Position numbers and translations under genes: made by a program | In this document: one piece after another, positions 31,570-40,836 of the stretch | Numbering within the stretch: the stretch's first letter is position 1 | Layout of the letters: every line of letters begins with the position of its first letter | Notes under the pieces: generated by a model | What the model saw: the letters and a program-made list of their open reading frames with translations, nothing else | The model's database searches: none | What the model was told of the DNA's origin: nothing | Assembly: GCA_900542735.1 (NCBI GenBank) | Contig: UQOS01000002.1 | Coordinates: 7,545-71,544, forward strand | Length of the DNA: 64,000 nucleotides | Direction: 5' to 3' | Source: an uncultured Mycoplasmatota bacterium | Lineage (GTDB): Bacteria > Bacillota_I > Bacilli_A > RF39 > UBA660

Positions 31570-33174
31570 CTATTTATAATTATAATCAAATTTATGTATT
31601 TCTAAATGTTTATCTGATTTATCATACTTCATTGCATATATTTCATAGTTACTAGCTATAGTAGGTAAAGTATTGTATTCATTAGTAGTTTTATTATAAA
31701 TTGAATAGTAGGCATCAAAGTCAGATTTTAGTTGTGATGGAATTAATATTTTTAATTCTGATTTTATTTCTTTACTTAAAATCCAGTTATTACTATTCTC
31801 AATACCATTTACCAAATCATTTACATCTTCCTTATCGTAATAAACATTAATGATTGTGTAATTTGTTTTATCTTCATCAAAATAGGTTCCCCAATTTCGA
31901 ATTTCAAGTTCTCCATTATTTGGAAGAGGTGCATCAATATAATTTTTATATGCATCAATTTTATTATAATCTTGTTCAAAGGTTGGCATTAGGCAAAACG
32001 AACCATATATTAGCATTAAAAATCCTATTATAAATCCACCAACAATATTTTTAGTACATTTAAAACCAGCATTTTTATATTTAAATCCCAAAATGATAGA
32101 TAACACCGGAATTGGCAACCAACACCAAAATACCCAAGCATTTCTAATAAAGTTAAATCCATGTTGTGGATTTATTTCACTAACAAAAGCAAATGTCCAC
32201 AACGCTCCCCATAAACTGCATATCGTTATTATAAATAATATATTCATAAAATTTCTAATAAATTTAGGATTATGATATTCTTTAACACCTTTAAAATTAG
32301 AATTATCCCCTATATGATTCTCTATTTTAAAAGTTGTCCTTATAAAATTTATTAACTCTAAATCACATCTATTTTTCTGCAAATTTATAACCATATTTTG
32401 GTTAGGATATTCTAAATAAAAATTAGTATCATTCTCAATGCATCTAGTTATTTCTGAGTAGTTGGCTGTTATTGAAACATTTTTCCCTTTTCTTATAAAA
32501 TAATCCTCATAAAACTCTATTTCAGAACTAGCTTCTATTTCACCACGCTGTAACCTAGCATTGTGAACTTTTTCGGCCATTGATCCCAATCTTATCCTAT
32601 ATAGAATTAACAAATATATTTCAAATACTATAAAGAAAATCAGTGTTTCAATCCAACTTTGAGAGATTATTGCAATGAAAGCTGTTATTAATATATTAAG
32701 AATAGTCCCTCTAAGTGCAAATACCCAGTACACTTTTTTAGGAAAATACTTTACCATCTTTTTATATTCATAACCGTCCACTATACTTTCACAAATATAT
32801 AAACATTTACTATTTTTCTTTGCTTCATTTTGAGTTTTATCTTTTTGAATTTCTTCAGTTTTTATAACAATTTTATCATTTGGACTTGCTATATACTGAA
32901 CTTCTTTAATTATTTTTGTTTTGGGTTTACTCTTCTTAACTTCATTGATAGTCAAAGTTATCACAAATGAAATAATAAACCAAACTGCTATTGCAATCAA
33001 CGTTTCTTGTAATAATTCAGTCCAAGTAATAATATAACCATCTTCATCAGGTATGTTTTTTGACAATATTTCTAATAATATCAAACTAATTGAAGGTATT
33101 CCAAATAATTTTAGAAAAAAACTAGATCTTAAAATTTTTTCTTTTTTATCTTTTTCTTTGTTCAATTTAACCAC
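31570..33174 (-). CDS. polytopic membrane protein with a YcxB-like central domain (hypothetical)
   Basis: 534-aa ORF with several TM helices. The central region (RLQRGEIEASSEIEFYEDYFIRKGKNVSITANYSEITRCIENDTNFYLEY) resembles the YcxB-like fold. The start is uncertain (GTG at 33174 or TTG at 33165). Confidence 0.7.
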   Translation of the reverse strand: MVKLNKEKDKKEKILRSSFFLKLFGIPSISLILLEILSKNIPDEDGYIITWTELLQETLIAIAVWFIISFVITLTINEVKKSKPKTKIIKEVQYIASPNDKIVIKTEEIQKDKTQNEAKKNSKCLYICESIVDGYEYKKMVKYFPKKVYWVFALRGTILNILITAFIAIISQSWIETLIFFIVFEIYLLILYRIRLGSMAEKVHNARLQRGEIEASSEIEFYEDYFIRKGKNVSITANYSEITRCIENDTNFYLEYPNQNMVINLQKNRCDLELINFIRTTFKIENHIGDNSNFKGVKEYHNPKFIRNFMNILFIITICSLWGALWTFAFVSEINPQHGFNFIRNAWVFWCWLPIPVLSIILGFKYKNAGFKCTKNIVGGFIIGFLMLIYGSFCLMPTFEQDYNKIDAYKNYIDAPLPNNGELEIRNWGTYFDEDKTNYTIINVYYDKEDVNDLVNGIENSNNWILSKEIKSELKILIPSQLKSDFDAYYSIYNKTTNEYNTLPTIASNYEIYAMKYDKSDKHLEIHKFDYNYK

Positions 33175-33354
33175 CCTTACTATAAAAATATCTTCTAAAA
33201 AAATTATAACATATTTTTTTCTATTCCAACATTTTATTTACTTTCTACAAGACTTTGCTTGAATGTTCTATTAAAAAAGTGAAGTAATCCAGATATTATT
33301 TTAGAAAATTAAAATAGTATTCCTACTAATTTATACTCAAATTTTAGTAGCTAA

Positions 33355-33549
33355 TTACATTTGCTGAAGTAGTGTTATGGTAAATGATGTAGTATTTAAA
33401 ACATTTTCATCGTTTTTACCTATATAAATAAAAAGTGATGTAGAAGATAAAGGTGTTACTTTACCAACATAATCTTTATAAACTAAACTATCAGTAAGTT
33501 GTATATTAGTCCAACTGGGTTTGTTATAAATTTCTTTTCTAGTTAGTGT
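33355..33549 (-). pseudogene. possible gene relic (64 open codons with no start codon)
   Basis: Minus-strand frame reads TLTRKEIYNKPSWTNIQLTDSLVYKDYVGKVTPLSSTSLFIYIGKNDENVLNTTSFTITLLQQM*, bounded upstream by TAA. Its only Met is the last residue. Confidence 0.3.
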
Positions 33550-33688
33550 TTAGTTTTTTTTAAATACTAATTTAAAATTATCAATTTTTTACTACTTTAT
33601 ATTATTAATTTTCCTAATTATAGATATTGTCACAGTCAAGAAGAGGTTTTCTTACATACTTTATATTAACTATTATGGAGGTTAAATT

Positions 33689-34688
33689 ATGAATCATAAA
33701 GATAAGATAAACGAAATTATAGAAGTAAGTAAAAAGCGTTTGGAACTTAAAAAAATTGGTTTACTTCCTTATGCAATTTGGCCAACTGGTCCTACTGGGC
33801 CTAGTGGTAGAGGGTTAGAAATTATAGGTAGTTATGCTAGTTTAGAAGAATTAAAAAAAGATCACCCTACTGGTAAAGATGGCGATAGTTATATTTATCA
33901 ATGGTGAATTATATATTTGGGATTCTACTATTCATAACTGGACTGATATTGGTAATATTAAGGAGCCTAAAGGAGATACTGGAGATACTGAGACTTTTAT
34001 TATTCAAAAAACTACTACAGGAGAAGCTGGTACAAAAGCACAGGTAATTGACAATAAAACTGGATTAGAACATCACTTAAATTTTATAATTCCTAAGGGT
34101 GATAAAGGTGAGACTGGTAACGAAGGTAAAATGGGGCCTACTGGTCCTAAAGGAAAAAAAGGAGAAATAGGTCCTAAAGGTGAAACTGGTCTTCAAGGAG
34201 AAATAGGCCCTATAGGAATTCAAGGGCCAACTGGGCCAACTGGACCAACGGGACCACGAGGAACTGCTAGTCCAACTGATTATAATACTATTGGCTTTGC
34301 TAGTATTATAAATACCAAAAAAGCTGGAACTACTCAAATTTGTAACACAAGAGTAATCCCTGGCGTTAGTGATTATATAGTGATTAACGGTAATAGTATC
34401 ACGATTAAAAAAACTAGTGTGTTTGAAATTGTACTTTGTGGTAGAATTTCTGGAGTTACTCAAAATACAGGAGCATCTTTTTCATTATTTAATACAGAAA
34501 CAAATGCTGTAGTTAGTGACTTATTATTTGTATTAGAAGCAGGAAATACGCCTGATATGAATTTTTCTGAAATGACTGTAACGGATATTATAGGTCCTAC
34601 TACTTTAGAAGTTAGAACGACTATTAATGGTAATGATGAAATTAGTTTTTCAGAAATGAATGTATTACTTAAAAGCTATAATATTTAG
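33689..34688 (+). CDS. collagen-like triple-helix repeat protein (BclA-like) with the reading frame broken by a 1-nt shift near 33893-33899 (possible pseudogene)
   Basis: GGAGG RBS before the ATG at 33689. ORF1 (33689-33907) and ORF2 (33879-34688) overlap in frames offset by +1. Skipping one T of ATTT gives ...KDGDSYIINGELYIWDSTIHNWTDIG. G-X-Y runs are present (GPTGPTGPSG; GDKGETGNEGKMGPTGPKGKKGEIGPKGETGLQGEIGPIGIQGPTGPTGPTGPRG), followed by a C-terminal globular domain. Confidence 0.7.
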
Positions 34689-34694
34689 AAAATA

Positions 34695-34740
34695 AAAACT
34701 ATAAACAAATTTAAAAAGTAAAGCTGTTTATAGTTTTTTT
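34695..34740 (+). terminator. rho-independent terminator after the collagen-like gene
   Basis: AAAACTATAAACA and TGTTTATAGTTTT arms with a 17-nt loop, followed by a T-run. Confidence 0.65.
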
Positions 34741-34918
34741 ATTATTTTAATAAATGGTAGACCTGATTAAGACATTAGGTATTGTTCCTTTTAAAATAAT
34801 TTTTAGTAGATATGAGCACATCAAATTACATAAATTTATTATTTTTTCGATAGTGTATTCACTTTGTTATTAGGTACCTACTTAAAAGTTTTAGTCTTTA
34901 AAGAATAGTAAAAAGAAC

Positions 34919-35452
34919 CTATAAAGAGGTTCTTATTTGATTATTTTTAGGATAAACGATTAATTGTTCTGGTAAGAGATAAATATTTTGATTATAGTAT
35001 AAGATCTCATTTACTGGTACTTGTAAATCTTCTGTAATCTTTTTAAGAGTATCATCATCTTTGGTAATATAAACTCCTACTCCAGCTTTTGGTATTAATA
35101 ATGTTTGGTCTGGATAAATATATTCATTTAACTCTAAACCATTTATTTCTGCTAATGTTTTATCACTTATATTATACTTTTTAGCAATTGCATATAAGTT
35201 ATCACCTTTTTTTACCGTATAGTATTCAAAGGCACCATTATTACTACTATTAGTTGTAGTATTCATGGTATTACCATTCGCATTGTTAGTAGAATTATTA
35301 TTGTTAGAAATAGGAATAATTAATTCTAAGCCTGGCACCAAATAATAAATATTTTCTAAATTATTTTCTCTTACTAAACTAATAACATCAACATTAAACT
35401 TTTGTGCAATACTATTAATAGTATCACCTGGCATCACAATATAAGTTTGCAT
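34919..35452 (-). CDS. LysM-repeat peptidoglycan-binding protein
   Basis: 177 aa. Two clear LysM motifs (YIVMPGDTINSIAQKFNV..; YYTVKKGDNLYAIAKKYNIS..) and a third degenerate one, joined by an Asn-rich linker. AGGAGG RBS. Confidence 0.85.
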   Translation of the reverse strand: MQTYIVMPGDTINSIAQKFNVDVISLVRENNLENIYYLVPGLELIIPISNNNNSTNNANGNTMNTTTNSSNNGAFEYYTVKKGDNLYAIAKKYNISDKTLAEINGLELNEYIYPDQTLLIPKAGVGVYITKDDDTLKKITEDLQVPVNEILYYNQNIYLLPEQLIVYPKNNQIRTSL

Positions 35453-35496
35453 AATAACCTCCTACATCATTATATGTAAAAAGGTTAGAATATTAA

Positions 35497-36753
35497 CTAT
35501 TTTTGATAGATATCTACTCTATTTACCGTATTATAACGAAGTTCATTATTTTTTAAAACTGGTATAATGTTAGATCCTTCGTCTTGATAATATAGAGTAT
35601 CATCTATTATAAAGTAAATTGTATTTGCTACTACTTTTAAGTTGTGAATACCATTTTGTTTATATAATAAGATAGGACTATCTAAATGATGATTAGATAC
35701 TCGATATACTTCTCCTTGTTTTGTTAGAATGTAATAATTATTATTACTCATGATAATTTGTTGGTAATCAAATTTATTTTTTACTTCTTCTACTATTTCT
35801 TCTTCAAATAATATATGATTTTCTCTAAAGTCATAAATATTAGCATTTTGCCATTTTCCATTATATAACTGTCCACCTATTTCATTACTACCAATTAATC
35901 TAGCTATTTTCTTTACTGGATTTATCTCTATTTGTAGTAAGTTAGAAGGATCTGTATAATATAGTTTATTATCAACTATGCCATTAATATAAGTATCACT
36001 TGATAAAGTATACCCTAAAGAAATAGTATCTGTTTTTGAATTTTCTAGATTAATTAAGGTAACAGAATCAAATTCTTGAACTTTACTACTTAAATAATTT
36101 GGTACAATATAATAATTTCCTACTAAATAGCCTTGAGTATTTTCATACTTATCAAAGTTTAAAATAGGTTTTACACTTGCATTTTTACTACGAATAATCT
36201 CAATTCCTTTATAATTCCATAAAGTAATGGTATCTTTTTCTTTTAAATTCTTAGTATATACACTAGAAGTTCCAACTGCTTCTTTGGTTTCTAAATCAAT
36301 ATTAAAAGGCTCTATCTTAATATTTTTTTCTGTTAAAAATGCTTTCATATTCGTAATAATACTTTGATTTTGTAAAGTCAATTCTGTATATAATTGATTA
36401 TCTTGAATGCATTCTATATAAGTACCAGTTTTATTTTCTAATATTGGGTAAATACACTCTATACCATTTTCTTGATAATATAAAATTTCTTTAATAATCT
36501 TCTTTTGTTTATTATATTGATTACCAATTACATAAGAATATTTATGATTATCATTGGTAATTAAAATATCATAAATATCAGTAGAAGTTTTTTCATATAC
36601 TTCATCTACTTGAAACTTTTTATCGTTAAAATATACTTCATAATTTACTTCATGTCCTTTTTTAAAGAAAGTAAAACCCCACTCAAAAGCTAAAAACATT
36701 AAAATCATTAAAATTAAAATAGAAATTACTTTTTTCACACTAACCACTTCCAA
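35497..36753 (-). CDS. N-terminally anchored hypothetical protein
   Basis: 418-aa ORF. TM VISILILMILMFLAFEWGFTFF, then a Tyr/Asn-rich, probably beta-rich ectodomain. The start is uncertain (TTG at 36753 or GTG at 36738). Confidence 0.7.
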   Translation of the reverse strand: MEVVSVKKVISILILMILMFLAFEWGFTFFKKGHEVNYEVYFNDKKFQVDEVYEKTSTDIYDILITNDNHKYSYVIGNQYNKQKKIIKEILYYQENGIECIYPILENKTGTYIECIQDNQLYTELTLQNQSIITNMKAFLTEKNIKIEPFNIDLETKEAVGTSSVYTKNLKEKDTITLWNYKGIEIIRSKNASVKPILNFDKYENTQGYLVGNYYIVPNYLSSKVQEFDSVTLINLENSKTDTISLGYTLSSDTYINGIVDNKLYYTDPSNLLQIEINPVKKIARLIGSNEIGGQLYNGKWQNANIYDFRENHILFEEEIVEEVKNKFDYQQIIMSNNNYYILTKQGEVYRVSNHHLDSPILLYKQNGIHNLKVVANTIYFIIDDTLYYQDEGSNIIPVLKNNELRYNTVNRVDIYQK

Positions 36754-36800
36754 TTATATTTATTATATCTAATATTTTGCCCAAAAAAAAGATAAATTTA

Positions 36801-37274
36801 CTATTTATCTTTTGAAATTCTTAATTTTTGTTTTTCTTTCATCATATAATCGGTAATCATAGTTTCAATTTCAGGAAGTGCTCTCTTATCAATATTAGAT
36901 AGAGTTACAAATTCATTAATAGTATCAATATAAATTTTTCCCCAAATCACACCAGATAACACTTTTAAATCGTTAAACATATCGGGCGTAATAGAATCTA
37001 AAAAGTAACCAAACACTACTCTTTTACGACCTATCAAGATTCTTTTATTGGTTAAAGCTATAACGGCAGTAGAAAAAAGATCAAACATATTATCATTTTT
37101 TTGAGCAGTAAAAGCATAAAGTATTTTCTCATTTGGATTTAAATGTTTTTCCACAATCTTAGCATTCTTTTTAATACGCCAAGCTACACTCATTTTATAT
37201 TTTTTCTTAAATTTACTTGCTAATTCATAAGCAGAGTTACCTTTATTATCCATAACTACACTACCCTTCTTCAT
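36801..37274 (-). CDS. bacterial PH (YdbT/DUF304-like) domain protein (tentative)
   Basis: 157 aa. NPNEKILYAFTAQKN...IALTNKRILIGRKRVVFGYF...IYIDT resembles bPH_2-type domains. Confidence 0.6.
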   Translation of the reverse strand: MKKGSVVMDNKGNSAYELASKFKKKYKMSVAWRIKKNAKIVEKHLNPNEKILYAFTAQKNDNMFDLFSTAVIALTNKRILIGRKRVVFGYFLDSITPDMFNDLKVLSGVIWGKIYIDTINEFVTLSNIDKRALPEIETMITDYMMKEKQKLRISKDK

Positions 37275-37281
37275 AGCCTTA

Positions 37282-37944
37282 TTATATCATATCTTCGATA
37301 AATTTTAAAATATTTTCTAATATGTCATCAATAAAACTAGTAATCGATGCTAGTAAATTATCAAAGAAGCTTTGAAAAGAATTTTTCTTTTTAGTATTTT
37401 TTAATTCTGTTTGCTTATTTTCAGTAGTAGTTTCTTTTTTCCATATTCCTACTTGACTATTTTTTGCTTCTTTTTCACTTTTCTCTAAGGAAGAAAAATA
37501 CTTAGAATTACTATATAAATTATCTACTTTACCATATCCAGATTTTATAATACTATCTTGAATTAATATATCATCTACAAAAACCCAAGCAAGGGTTCTG
37601 CCATATACATCTTCTTCTTTAAAATTATCATCTGTTACTAATTTTATTTCTTTAGCTTTTGTTAGAGTCGTACAAGTATACTCTTTTGCTTCTTTTAAAA
37701 TAGGAGTTTCTACACTACTTACTCCATCATCAATATCTTCTATATTAAGTGCTAAAAATCTTACTTTGATGATACTATTACTAGATGTTCTAAATTTAGC
37801 AGTATTAATATCTACACATTCTTCTAGTGTTACTTTTTCTTCTACTACTTTTTCTTGTTCTTCTTTATCTATTTCTTCTGCATAACTCATAATGGGAGAA
37901 AATAAAAGAAATCCCATTAAAAACATATATACCACTTTTTTCAT
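37282..37944 (-). CDS. secreted thermonuclease (SNase)-family protein
   Basis: 220 aa. Signal peptide plus SNase-like motifs (VRFLALNIED..., EDVYGRTLAWVFVDDILIQDSIIKSGYGKV, EKEAKNSQVGIWK). Confidence 0.7.
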   Translation of the reverse strand: MKKVVYMFLMGFLLFSPIMSYAEEIDKEEQEKVVEEKVTLEECVDINTAKFRTSSNSIIKVRFLALNIEDIDDGVSSVETPILKEAKEYTCTTLTKAKEIKLVTDDNFKEEDVYGRTLAWVFVDDILIQDSIIKSGYGKVDNLYSNSKYFSSLEKSEKEAKNSQVGIWKKETTTENKQTELKNTKKKNSFQSFFDNLLASITSFIDDILENILKFIEDMI

Positions 37945-37954
37945 AATTCACCTA

Positions 37955-38695
37955 CTACTTATATTGATTAATTTCTAAAATAATATTATCTTTTTTTGTA
38001 TTTCCTAATTTTGTACCAATCTTAAATTTTCCCACATGACGAATGGATAAAATATCATTTTCTTTTAAAAGAATACTATTATTTTTTAATTCTTGATAAT
38101 TTAAGAATATTTTTTTAGATGTTATTAAATCCTTTACTTGACTACGACTTTTATTTGCTAGTTTACTAACAATAATATCTACTCGCATACTACTTACCAT
38201 AATCGTAAAATTTTGAAAATGATTTTCTGTTAGTGATAATTCAGATATAGGAATTAATTCAATTAATTTGTTACCCACATAATGAAAGTTCTCTAATAGA
38301 TATGAATCTAATTTAGAAAGACTTACATAATAACTATCTTTTTCTACAAAGATATCACCTATTACATTATCATTTAGACCAAGTGCAAATAAGCTTCCTA
38401 AAATTTCATAGTGAGTAAGAGAAGTATCTGTTTTTATTTGATAAAAAGTAAGATAAGATTCATACTCTCCAAAATAAATAATTTTCTTCTCTAAAAAGGG
38501 ATACTTATCATAGATAGAATATGGTATCTGATAATAATTTAAGTAGTTTGTAACAAGTTTCATTTCACTAGGATTTAAAAAGTTACTGGCTACTCCTTTT
38601 TTTGTTTTCTGATATTGTCTGTATTTATCTAATATACTAGATACTAAAATTCTATCTTTTTTATTTAAGGTTAACAATTTATCTTTTTCTATCAT
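37955..38695 (-). CDS. ylmH: YlmH-like RNA-binding S4-domain protein
   Basis: 246 aa. The N-terminal region parallels YlmH (SNFLNPSEMKLV). C-terminal S4 motif MRVDIIVSKLANKSRSQVKDLITSKKIFLNYQ. Confidence 0.75.
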   Translation of the reverse strand: MIEKDKLLTLNKKDRILVSSILDKYRQYQKTKKGVASNFLNPSEMKLVTNYLNYYQIPYSIYDKYPFLEKKIIYFGEYESYLTFYQIKTDTSLTHYEILGSLFALGLNDNVIGDIFVEKDSYYVSLSKLDSYLLENFHYVGNKLIELIPISELSLTENHFQNFTIMVSSMRVDIIVSKLANKSRSQVKDLITSKKIFLNYQELKNNSILLKENDILSIRHVGKFKIGTKLGNTKKDNIILEINQYK

Positions 38696-38792
38696 AACAT
38701 CTCCAGTAATATTATATATGATTTTGAATAGAAAAAAAAGAAATGTCTTTCACTATACATTTCTTTACAGTTTTATTATCTTGCTTTTAAAG

Positions 38793-39431
38793 TTAAATTT
38801 TCTTTGGTGTAATACTTTTTTCTAAAACTTTTTGTTTTTCTTCTATGATAGGATTCACTATTTTAAATTCAATATTATCATGTTCTAGTTTATGAGAGGC
38901 AATTTCTAGTAAACATTCATGACAATTATGTTCAAAGAAATTACATCTAGATTCAAAACCAGACATATGATTACCGCTAGCACATAAATCATAATCTTCC
39001 CATACTTTTACTATTTCTAATGGTGTTAGTTTTCCTTTTTTATGAATCTCATTTTCCTGTTCTTCTGTAATTGAAGCATAAAATCTTTTTATCTGTGCTT
39101 TTATAATAATATGTTCACATAATTTTTTTAAAGCTACTATTTGTCCTTTACTTCCTGTTGTGTAAATAGCTAAATTAATCACATCATCATCTATATTATC
39201 AAGATACATCAGAAAGAATCTTCTATACTCGTTATAATTGTCAAAAATATATACATCATTAAAATCAGATTCACTAATATTTAAATTAAGTTTATCTTTG
39301 ACTTCTTTAATCTCAATATGTTTTTTTATTTTTGCTTTTGTAATATGCAAAAATAGGCTTGTTTTTAAATCTAAATTTTTCATTTCAAATCTTTCTCCCA
39401 GAAAGTTATTAAAATTAGAATCATCATACAA
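38793..39431 (-). CDS. hypothetical protein with a Cys/His cluster
   Basis: 212-aa ORF (TTG start at 39431; alternative ATG at 39383). Contains CNFFEHNCHECLLEIASHKLEH. Driven by a consensus promoter at 39511-39539. Confidence 0.65.
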   Translation of the reverse strand: MYDDSNFNNFLGERFEMKNLDLKTSLFLHITKAKIKKHIEIKEVKDKLNLNISESDFNDVYIFDNYNEYRRFFLMYLDNIDDDVINLAIYTTGSKGQIVALKKLCEHIIIKAQIKRFYASITEEQENEIHKKGKLTPLEIVKVWEDYDLCASGNHMSGFESRCNFFEHNCHECLLEIASHKLEHDNIEFKIVNPIIEEKQKVLEKSITPKKI

Positions 39432-39510
39432 ATCTAATTAATATATTTAAAATATATTTTTTCTATTTCATCTTTACATAATAAATTCTCTTTGATAGTT
39501 ATGTTTTCAT

Positions 39511-39539
39511 ATTATAGCCACTAAGTAAATTGGTGTCAA
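39511..39539 (-). promoter_or_regulatory. consensus sigma-A promoter
   Basis: Minus strand has TTGACA (39539-34), a 17-nt spacer and TATAAT (39516-11). Confidence 0.65.
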
Positions 39540-39595
39540 CTAAATTATGTATTTTTATTTTGATACAATCTATCCAACAATAACATAATAGTTAG

Positions 39596-39617
39596 AAAAA
39601 GTGGACAAAAAGTCCAC
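39596..39617 (-). terminator. rho-independent terminator after tRNA-Thr(CGT)
   Basis: Minus strand reads GTGGAC-TTTTT-GTCCAC followed by TTTTT. Confidence 0.7.
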
Positions 39618-39630
39618 TTATTTTTATTTA

Positions 39631-39706
39631 TGGTGCCGATTATCGGATTCGAACCAATGACCTACGCGTTACGAGTGCGTTGCACTACCAACTGTGCTAA
39701 ATCGGC
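39631..39706 (-). tRNA. tRNA-Thr (CGT)
   Basis: Acceptor GCCGATT/AATCGGC, anticodon loop CTCGTAA, T-arm ATTGG-TTCGAAT-CCGAT, encoded CCA. Confidence 0.88.
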
Positions 39707-39750
39707 ATAAAAAAACACTACTCAAATATGAGTAATGTTAAACTCAATTT

Positions 39751-39826
39751 TGGTGGGCTGTTAGGGATTCGAACCCTAGACCCACTGATTAAGAGTCAGT
39801 TGCTCTACCAACTGAGCTAACAGCCC
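39751..39826 (-). tRNA. tRNA-Lys (CTT)
   Basis: Acceptor GGGCTGT/ACAGCCC, anticodon loop CTCTTAA, T-loop TTCGAAT, encoded CCA. Confidence 0.9.
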
Positions 39827-39937
39827 AAAATTTGAATTACTTCTATAGTATATCATAAAAATTAAAAAAGAAAATATTTTTTTTATATTTTCTTCAACTT
39901 TTTTCTGTCCTGAAATTTCAAAGTAAAATTCATCCCT

Positions 39938-40230
39938 AATAAAAAGGGTTGCATTTACTTTGACTCACTCTCTTTTTGATTTAGATTTTTTCTATTTTTT
40001 TATAATTCCTCTTATCAGTTGTATTTGCTATGACTTTTATGAATTGCATTTACTTTGCTATTTTACCTCTTTATGTTCCTTTAAGTAGGAATAGTCTGGT
40101 TTAGAAAGGCAAAAATTAATTTTACGAATTAACATTTTTATTTTTTTATAGTCCTCTTAAGTGGGAATATCTAAATTAAAAAGGGCAAATCTTACTTTGT
40201 AAATATTTCTATTTTTATAATTCGTCTAGG
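39938..40230 (+). repeat. three to four degenerate tandem units in the 530-bp leader of the CotZ/ExsY-like gene
   Basis: AAAAAGGG(T)TGCAnnTTACTTTG-type boxes at about 39941, 40041 and 40178. TTTCTATTTTT(TT)ATA(A/G)T(T/C)C(C/G)TCT(T)A-type boxes at about 39988, 40133 and 40205. Confidence 0.5.
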
Positions 40231-40385
40231 TAATAATAATACACCAAAAAGCAGTTATGAGAATATCTTATAGTAGATAATTATAAAGGACTACATACTA
40301 TGTAACCAAAAAAATCATAAACTAGATTTGCTACAAACAAATGCCTACTGAATAATTATCAACTTTTATGAAAGGAGGTATTTTC

Positions 40386-40811
40386 ATGTGTCCAGAAAAT
40401 AATAACACAAACAACAACTGCTGCTTAGCAAACATTCTAGAAGTAATTGTGAAACTACAAGACCGTAGTGAAAAATTTGATTGTTTAGGAGATGGTTGTG
40501 ACCGTCCGTTCTTAGGACCAACACCTGCTACTGTTTGTTACAACACTAGACCAGTTACTTTTTATCAATGCTCAAATGGAGAATTATGGAGTTTCCCTTA
40601 TACATTAAATGGTGCAGATAATACAAGTAATGTATTTAGATGTGAACATGTAGAAGGTTGTTGTGCAACATGCCGTGTATTAGCTCCTAATACAGATGAA
40701 GCAACTGCTACAACTACTCCATATCTTCCAACCGATTCATACTTTACAATTAATTTAAACTGCGTTGGTGCATTAAGATGCTTACCAGATACATTTATTG
40801 CTTGTAGTTAA
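40386..40811 (+). CDS. CotZ/CotY/ExsY-family cysteine-rich spore coat or exosporium protein
   Basis: Start moved to the ATG at 40386 (MCPENNN), 7 nt after AAAGGAGG. CCLANILEVIVKLQ..C..GC..PFLGP...FRCEHVEGCCATCRVLAP...INLNCVGALRCL is collinear with B. subtilis CotY/CotZ motifs. Confidence 0.8.
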   Translation: MCPENNNTNNNCCLANILEVIVKLQDRSEKFDCLGDGCDRPFLGPTPATVCYNTRPVTFYQCSNGELWSFPYTLNGADNTSNVFRCEHVEGCCATCRVLAPNTDEATATTTPYLPTDSYFTINLNCVGALRCLPDTFIACS

Positions 40812-40813
40812 AA

Positions 40814-40836
40814 GGATCGCTAAAAGCGATCTTTTA
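40814..40836. terminator. bidirectional hairpin shared by two convergent genes
   Basis: GATCGCT-AAA-AGCGATC flanked by A/T runs. It overlaps the last codons of the minus-strand gene that ends at 40820. Confidence 0.55.

Noticed and set aside
33631-33663. Full sigma-K or sigma-E promoter assignments for the collagen-like and CotZ-like genes.
   Set aside because: Only the -10-like CATA-N3-TA elements are visible. I could not find an AC -35 element at 16-17 bp spacing, so a promoter call is not justified from sequence alone.
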